Source of the DNA: Chloroflexota bacterium
GTDB taxonomy: Bacteria; Chloroflexota; Limnocylindria; Limnocylindrales; CSP1-4
Length of the DNA: 64,000 nucleotides
Reading direction: 5' to 3'
NCBI GenBank assembly: GCA_021786385.1
Contig: JAJYNJ010000077.1
Span: 12,329 to 76,328, forward strand
Below, piece by piece: positions 58,783 to 64,000 of this stretch. A program made the translations under genes and the position numbers. The stretch's first letter is position 1. Each line of letters opens with the position of its first letter. The notes beneath the pieces were generated by a model. That model was not told where the DNA came from. It saw only the letters and a list, made by a program, of their open reading frames with translations, and did not search any database.

Positions 58783-59679
58783 CTAGTTTCGCCGCCCCCC
58801 GAAGATCGAGCGCGCGATCCGCACCTCGTCCCGATCGGGTGCCTCCGGCAGCTCCGCCAGGTAGCGGTCCAGGCCGCGCACCGCGTCGGTGAACCGGCCA
58901 CAGCGCCCGTACAGGAGCGCCCGATCGCGCCGCAACGCCGGGTCCGCCGGGTCCAGGATCACGAGCAGCTCGAGCATCGCGAGCGCCGGCGCCCATTCTC
59001 GGCGCGCGAGGTAGATCCCGCGCAGGTTGCCCAGGATCCGGGCGATGATCTCGTGCCGGCTCGCTGGGCGCAGCATCGAACGGCGGAACGGGACCGCGTG
59101 TCCGAGCGCCTCCTCCATCAACCGTTCGCAATCGTCAGGCGAGAGTGAGCGCCCGCGGTCGTACGGGTCGATCAGGCGACCATCGGGCCCGCCCAGGATG
59201 AAGTGGCCCGGCAGCCCGATTCCATACAGGGGCAGGCCCAGGCGCCACCCGACTTCGAGCTCGAGGACGCCCAGCGCGATGGGGAGGCCACGGCGGAACC
59301 GAACGACCTCGGCGAGGTACGTGTGCCGAGGTTCCCACGCGTCGCGGGGCGCGCCGCGCAGCGCCAAGTCGTCGTACAGCACGTGGTGGAGGCCGTCGAG
59401 GATCACATCGAGTGCCGCGGGGGTCCGGATGCCGGCTTCGCGATGAGCCGCGTCTCGCAACCCGGGTGGCAGCACGCTGCGCACGCGCTCGGCCAGCATG
59501 TCCAGCTCGTCGTGCAGAGCGCGTGGGCTGGATGCGGGGTCGGTCTCGGCCGCGATGCACGCACAGACGGCGGCCAGATCGATCAGCGGATCCGGCATGG
59601 CGACCAGCTCGGCGAAGCGTGCGCGCATGGCGGGTGCCTGCGGGATCCGCCGCGGATCGCGAGGGGACGGCTCGACCAT
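58783..59679 (-). CDS. transglutaminase-like (Transglut_core2) plus TPR protein, SirB1/YchA family
   Basis: LGLPLYGIGLPGHFIL core and a C-terminal TPR-like region. Start uncertain (ATG 59679 or 59628); upstream 215 aa of the track ORF is rejected. Confidence 0.6.
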   Translation of the reverse strand: MVEPSPRDPRRIPQAPAMRARFAELVAMPDPLIDLAAVCACIAAETDPASSPRALHDELDMLAERVRSVLPPGLRDAAHREAGIRTPAALDVILDGLHHVLYDDLALRGAPRDAWEPRHTYLAEVVRFRRGLPIALGVLELEVGWRLGLPLYGIGLPGHFILGGPDGRLIDPYDRGRSLSPDDCERLMEEALGHAVPFRRSMLRPASRHEIIARILGNLRGIYLARREWAPALAMLELLVILDPADPALRRDRALLYGRCGRFTDAVRGLDRYLAELPEAPDRDEVRIARSIFGGRRN

Positions 59680-59787
59680 TGCTGCATCGTAGGGGAGAAG
59701 GGTGCCATCTGTCGCGTGCCGCCTGCCCCGCGCCGCCTCCCCCCGCTGTCCGTCACCTGGTCTCCCGTGATAGCCTCGCAGGCGCCC

Positions 59788-60204
59788 ATGTTCAACTTGC
59801 GCGACGTTCCCGGCCTGCCCGATCCCGACCTCCGGCCGCCGGTGGTGGCCGAATCGGGCGACCCGTTCGCGGCCCTGCGCGTGGTGCACCTCCTGGCCCA
59901 GATCCCGCGAGGCCAGCCGATCCGTGTGCGGGACATCGTCGACGCGCTCAACGCTCGCTGGCTCGACTGGTCGTTCGATCGGAAGGTCGTCACCGACGCG
60001 ATCGTCCAGCTGCAGGCGAACTGGATGGCCGACTACCGCACCGTCGACGGGATCCGGCTCGGATCGGACGCCTACGGCGAGACGGTGACGATCGAGGATT
60101 CGAGCCGGGTCGATCCGTGGATCGTGCTCCAGGTGCGCGCGCTCGCCGAGGCGTGTCGGGAGCGGCTGCGCGAGTTTGCGCGGGACGAGGGCGGAATCCC
60201 GTGA
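59788..60204 (+). CDS. hypothetical protein
   Basis: ATG at 59788; 138 aa, no recognisable motif. Stop overlaps the next gene's start (GTGA). Confidence 0.4.
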   Translation: MFNLRDVPGLPDPDLRPPVVAESGDPFAALRVVHLLAQIPRGQPIRVRDIVDALNARWLDWSFDRKVVTDAIVQLQANWMADYRTVDGIRLGSDAYGETVTIEDSSRVDPWIVLQVRALAEACRERLREFARDEGGIP

Positions 60205-61157
60205 GCGAGGCGGGAGCCGCCGATCGGGCCGCCGGCCGGGTGGCCGACCCTGCCGCCACCGGGCGCCCGCCGGCGCGCCGCGCCAGCCACGTCTGGGCCG
60301 ATGGCCTCCTCGTGCCCGCCGACACGCCACTCCTCACCGCGACCGATCGCGGGTTCCAGGTGGGCGACGGCGTCTTCGAGACGATCCGTGTCTGTGAGGG
60401 TCGGATCCTCGAATTGCCGCTTCACGCCGAGCGGCTCCGGGCGTCGGCCGCGGCGCTCGGGATCCCGCTTCCCGACGAGATCGAGACCACGCTTCGGGTG
60501 GCGATCGCCGAGCTCCTCGCGGCGGATGCGCTCGTCGGCCCCCGGGTCGAGGTCTCGGTGCGCGTGACGGTCACGCGGGGCCCTGTTGAGGGTCGCGACC
60601 TGCTGCCGCCCACCGACGTCCGACCGACGATGGTCGTGCAGGCGTGGCCGGTGGCGCGGCCGTCGCCCGAACTGCTCACGCGCGGCCTGCACCTCGCGAT
60701 CTCGACGGTCCGCCGCGACCCGAACAGCCCGCTGGCCGCGGTCAAGACGACGAGTCGCGCCGAGTTCGTCTACGCGCGGCTCGAGGCGCGACGGCGCGGC
60801 GCCGACGACGCCCTCTTCCTGACGATCGATGGCCACCTCGCCGAGGCCACCTCCGCGAGCGTCTTCATCGTGAAGGACGGTGAGCTCGCAACGCCGGCAC
60901 TGGAGTGCGGGATCCTGGTCGGAACGACGCGCGAGTGGCTGCTGCGCTGGGCGCCCAGGGTCGGCCTGCGGGCCCGCGAGGGATGGATCGCGCCGGATGA
61001 GCTCTTCGCTGCCGATGAGGCGTTGCTGGCGAGTTCGGTGGCGGGCGTGCTCCCGGTGACGCGGGTCGACGAGCGGCCGATCGGGACGGGTCAGCCCGGC
61101 CGCTGGACGCTGCGCGCGCGCGCCGCCCGCGAGGCGCTTGCCTGCGGCGAAAGATGA
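60201..61157 (+). CDS. pabC: class IV aminotransferase family protein (aminodeoxychorismate lyase / BCAT-like)
   Basis: Fold-type IV PLP motifs (GDGVFETIRV, SVFIVKDGELATP, GILVGTTR). Confidence 0.7.
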   Translation: MSEAGAADRAAGRVADPAATGRPPARRASHVWADGLLVPADTPLLTATDRGFQVGDGVFETIRVCEGRILELPLHAERLRASAAALGIPLPDEIETTLRVAIAELLAADALVGPRVEVSVRVTVTRGPVEGRDLLPPTDVRPTMVVQAWPVARPSPELLTRGLHLAISTVRRDPNSPLAAVKTTSRAEFVYARLEARRRGADDALFLTIDGHLAEATSASVFIVKDGELATPALECGILVGTTREWLLRWAPRVGLRAREGWIAPDELFAADEALLASSVAGVLPVTRVDERPIGTGQPGRWTLRARAAREALACGER

Positions 61158-61209
61158 CGATTGCCCGTGGGGCGCGGACGGCGCCCGTGACGGCGCTGGG
61201 GCGGATGCG

Positions 61210-61572
61210 ATGAACCGTGCCCGGGCGATCGCCGAGACCGCGCGGCTCGCGGCCGAGGGTGAACGGCTGGAGGCGGCGCCGACCCTTGGCCGTCTGCGGC
61301 TCTGGTTGCAGCTCTCCGACGACCTGCTGAGCACGATCTGGGGCACGATGGACCGCTACCACCTCGCGTGGCTGCTGGTGGGACGACCCGCTGCGCCCCG
61401 CGGTCGCCCGATGACGCCCGACGAAGAGGCGGCGTACGTGCGCGACGTCGCCGGGCAGAAGACGGCGGTGCTGCGGATGAGCCTGCGGGCGCTCGAGGCT
61501 CAGGGCATCCCGTTCGTGGGGGAGACGGAGTCGGCAGGGACGATGGCGACGGGCGACGAGGCGGAACCATGA
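61210..61572 (+). CDS. hypothetical protein
   Basis: ATG at 61210; 120 aa; stop overlaps the next start (ATGA). No motif recognised. Confidence 0.35.
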   Translation: MNRARAIAETARLAAEGERLEAAPTLGRLRLWLQLSDDLLSTIWGTMDRYHLAWLLVGRPAAPRGRPMTPDEEAAYVRDVAGQKTAVLRMSLRALEAQGIPFVGETESAGTMATGDEAEP

Positions 61573-62960
61573 CGGGGGAGCGACGGACGGAGCCGCTCCC
61601 GGCCCGCGGCGAGCTCGTCCTGCCGGAGCGCGAGCTCGTGCCCGCCGTCGGCGGGCAGCGCCGCGTGCCGGCGCCCGACCCCGTGGCGCGCGACTACCTT
61701 CTGCTGGCCCTGCGCCTCGACCAGCACGTCCCCGGACTGGTCGACGGGTACTACGGGCCGCGCGACCTGAAGGCGCAGGTCGACCTCGAGAACCTGCGTC
61801 CTCCGGCGCGCCTCGCTGAGGACGCGGCCGCGCTGCGGGAGCGGGTCGCCGCGGAGGTGGCCGAGCCGGATCGGCGGCGCTGGCTCGACCGCCAGCTTGT
61901 CGCGCTCGAGACGCAGGCCGCGCGCTTGGCCGGGGCCGCGATTCCCTACGTGGACGAGGTGATCCGCTGCTTCGACGCCCCCCCGACGCGCCTGCCACCG
62001 GCGACTTACGCCGAGGTGCGGCGCGAGCTCGATGGGTTACTGCCGGGTCGCGGGGGCCTGCTGCCCCGCCTCGAGGCGTGGGACGCCCGCTTCGTCATCC
62101 CGGCCGACCGGGTCCGGGCCGTGGTCGACGCGCTCCTGCCCCCGATTCGCGCGGCGTCGCTGGCGCACGTTCCGGCACCCGAAGGCGAAGCGCTGCAAGT
62201 CACGCTGGTCACGGACCAGCCGTGGAGCGGCTACAACTGGTACGACGGTGGGCTGCGTTCGCGGGTCGATCTGAACGTCGACCTGCCGATCCGGCCGGCG
62301 GCGCTGATCGATACGCTCACCCACGAGACGTACCCGGGCCACCACCTGGAGCACGCCTGGAAGGAAGAGCGGCTGGTGATGGAGCTGGGCCGGCTCGAAG
62401 GCACCGTGCTGTTGATCAACACGCCGGAGTGCTTCATCAGCGAGGGGCTGGCGGAGCTCGGTCGGCGCTTCACGCTCGACCAGCCCACGCGCGTGGCGCT
62501 CCTGCGCACGGCCTGCGTGGAGGCGGGACTGCCAGCGAGCGACGACGATCTGGCGCGCCAGCTCGCCATCTCGGCGAGCCTGCACCGTCTGCGCGGCGCC
62601 GACGGCGACGCGGCGCTGCTGCGGCACGCCGAGGGCCGTTCCAGGGCCGATCTCCTCGCCTTTCTGGTCGAAGAAGCGCTGTCGTCGCCTGAACGTGCCG
62701 AGAAGCGGCTCGCGTTCATCGAGCATCCCCTCTGGCGTACCTACGTGTTCAGTTACGCGGGCGGGGAGGCGCTGCTGGGGGCATGGTGCGAGGCGGCGGG
62801 CTCCGAGGCGGGCGCCCGCGGCCGTTTCCTGCGGTTGCTCACAGAGCAGCTCACGCCGTCGGGCATCAGGGAGGAGCTGGAGGCGGAGCCGAGGGAGGAT
62901 TCCTCACCGCTCAACGAGCGGCGAGGAACGCACCGACGGCCGTCAGCACGACTTCGATGA
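61569..62960 (+). CDS. DUF885-like protein (second HExYPGHH-motif paralog)
   Basis: LTHETYPGHHLEH motif like the gene at 29411-31075. ATG at 61569 with GAGGCGG upstream. Confidence 0.6.
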   Translation: MTGERRTEPLPARGELVLPERELVPAVGGQRRVPAPDPVARDYLLLALRLDQHVPGLVDGYYGPRDLKAQVDLENLRPPARLAEDAAALRERVAAEVAEPDRRRWLDRQLVALETQAARLAGAAIPYVDEVIRCFDAPPTRLPPATYAEVRRELDGLLPGRGGLLPRLEAWDARFVIPADRVRAVVDALLPPIRAASLAHVPAPEGEALQVTLVTDQPWSGYNWYDGGLRSRVDLNVDLPIRPAALIDTLTHETYPGHHLEHAWKEERLVMELGRLEGTVLLINTPECFISEGLAELGRRFTLDQPTRVALLRTACVEAGLPASDDDLARQLAISASLHRLRGADGDAALLRHAEGRSRADLLAFLVEEALSSPERAEKRLAFIEHPLWRTYVFSYAGGEALLGAWCEAAGSEAGARGRFLRLLTEQLTPSGIREELEAEPREDSSPLNERRGTHRRPSARLR

Positions 62961-63510
62961 CCTCGAGCGGCCCAACGATCCCGCCGAAGTACGCTGGGAA
63001 CGGGGTGGCGGCGATGCGCTGCGCGATGTCGAGCCGAGAGTCCAGCAGGGTGGCGCGCGTCCAGAGATAGACGAGCACCTGCCCCGTGCCCCACGCCGCG
63101 AGCGCGAACCCGATGGCCAGGACGCGCGGTGCGATGCGCTGCACGTGGCGCTCCCCCCGCCAGGCGCCGGCCGCCAGCAGCGCCCCGATCAGCCACCCGC
63201 CGGCAAGTGCGACGACCACCATCCCCCAGTCCAAGCCGAGGACGCCCTCGAGCAGCAGCCACACGACGGCGACGCCGGCCCAGCCCGCCAGTCCCAGGGC
63301 GAGCGCGCGCCCCGTCGCTGGGTGGGCCGCCGCCGGCGGTGCCTCCCGGGAGACCAGTCGTTCGCCCGGTGGCCGATCGAGCGGGCGCGTCGCGGCGGGC
63401 CGCACGTCGCCCGGCGCCCGCGCGATCGCGTCGGCGCGGTCTCCTGCCGGTGACGCTGGCCGTGCCCCGGGCACGCTGTCGTCCTGCGCGGTCGGTAGCG
63501 GCGGTTCCAC
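62911..63510 (-). CDS. hypothetical membrane protein (Pro/Ala-rich N-terminus, 4 TM helices)
   Basis: Hydrophobic helices (LALGLAGWAGVAVVWLLLEGVLGL, VVALAGGWLIGALLAAGAW, VLAIGFALAAWGTGQVLVYLW). 3' end convergently overlaps the previous gene by 50 bp. Confidence 0.4.
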   Translation of the reverse strand: MEPPLPTAQDDSVPGARPASPAGDRADAIARAPGDVRPAATRPLDRPPGERLVSREAPPAAAHPATGRALALGLAGWAGVAVVWLLLEGVLGLDWGMVVVALAGGWLIGALLAAGAWRGERHVQRIAPRVLAIGFALAAWGTGQVLVYLWTRATLLDSRLDIAQRIAATPFPAYFGGIVGPLEVIEVVLTAVGAFLAAR

Positions 63511-63632
63511 ACGGCAACTGTATCGCCGGCGGGCAGCTCCGTACCGCCACGATGGGCGCCCCGCGCACGAAGCGGTGGCCGGGGCCGCCGGCCGCCCTCG
63601 CCACGACGGCCCCAGGCGCTACACTCTGCGCG

Positions 63633-64000
63633 ATGCAGACACCGACGCGGCCGTCACGCACGCGGCCGCCCGCGCGGACGTCCGTGAACGGCGCCGCTTC
63701 GCCGAACGCTCCGCTTCCGCCCATGCCCGAAGCTGCAGCACGGCTGCGGACCGGCCAGGCGCGCCTCGCCGCCGACGCCTTGCGCGCGGCGCTGGCTCGT
63801 GACCCGGGCCTCGGCACGCGGTACGACGCGGACCAGCTCCGCACATTCCTGCGCGACTGTCAGCGCCACGTCATCCAGCTCGCCCTCGCGCTCGAGGAGG
63901 GCCGCGTAGGCCGCATGACCGAGTACGTCGACGTGATCGTCCCGGTCTTCCGTCGTCGGCGCGTGCCGCTCGAAGATCTGGCGACGATGCTGCTGGGCAC
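63633..64000 (+). CDS. hypothetical protein (5' partial, runs off the window)
   Basis: ATG at 63633; open frame with GC3 bias to the window end; no motif recognised. Confidence 0.3.
   Translation, partial: MQTPTRPSRTRPPARTSVNGAASPNAPLPPMPEAAARLRTGQARLAADALRAALARDPGLGTRYDADQLRTFLRDCQRHVIQLALALEEGRVGRMTEYVDVIVPVFRRRRVPLEDLATMLLG

Noticed and set aside
58190-59131. 313-aa minus-strand ORF rich in Arg/Pro/Gly
   Set aside because: Low complexity. It overlaps the LLM remnant, the tandem repeat and the transglutaminase-TPR gene in other frames.

Overview
The window is very GC-rich by eye (roughly 70%; not computed) and looks like a chromosomal segment from a mycothiol-producing actinobacterium: an LmbE/MshB-Mca family gene, a fragment of an F420-type LLM oxidoreductase and a Hanks kinase/PP2C pair are all present. 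It is densely packed with about 65 genes on both strands. Main blocks, in order: an hsp20-hspR-lon heat-shock operon with a HAIR-like operator; nagA; a K+ uptake cluster (two TrkA-domain genes, a universal stress protein and a KimA-type APC-superfamily K+ transporter); rsmG; an orphan histidine kinase plus a CsoR-like metal repressor; hpt; a livKHMGF branched-chain amino-acid ABC operon; a GNAT gene; an NYN-domain nuclease carrying a very long Arg/Gly/Glu-rich tail; holB-acyP; hdeD; tRNA-Arg(CCG); two cyclophilins; DUF885; ltaE; tRNA-Asp(GTC); an atypical OmpR-type regulator with an APC permease and a PP2C/STK pair; a CoA-transferase, SDR, ribokinase and aminotransferase; a NarL-type two-component system; a ferredoxin-GltD-like oxidoreductase with two paralogous membrane proteins; a very large MmpL transporter fused to a CrtC/AttH-like lipocalin domain; osmC; a BNR-repeat protein plus a MoaD-like Gly-Gly protein; lysine 2,3-aminomutase; a transglutaminase-TPR protein; and a class IV aminotransferase. 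There are no rRNA genes, CRISPR arrays or clear mobile elements. A recurring oddity is short GC-rich tandem repeats (15-24 bp units, 3-7 copies) at about nine loci, both intergenic and in-frame at the 5' ends of genes. Many long ORFs in the supplied track are antisense or high-GC artefacts and are not reported as genes. Start codons were re-derived from the DNA; GTG starts are common.
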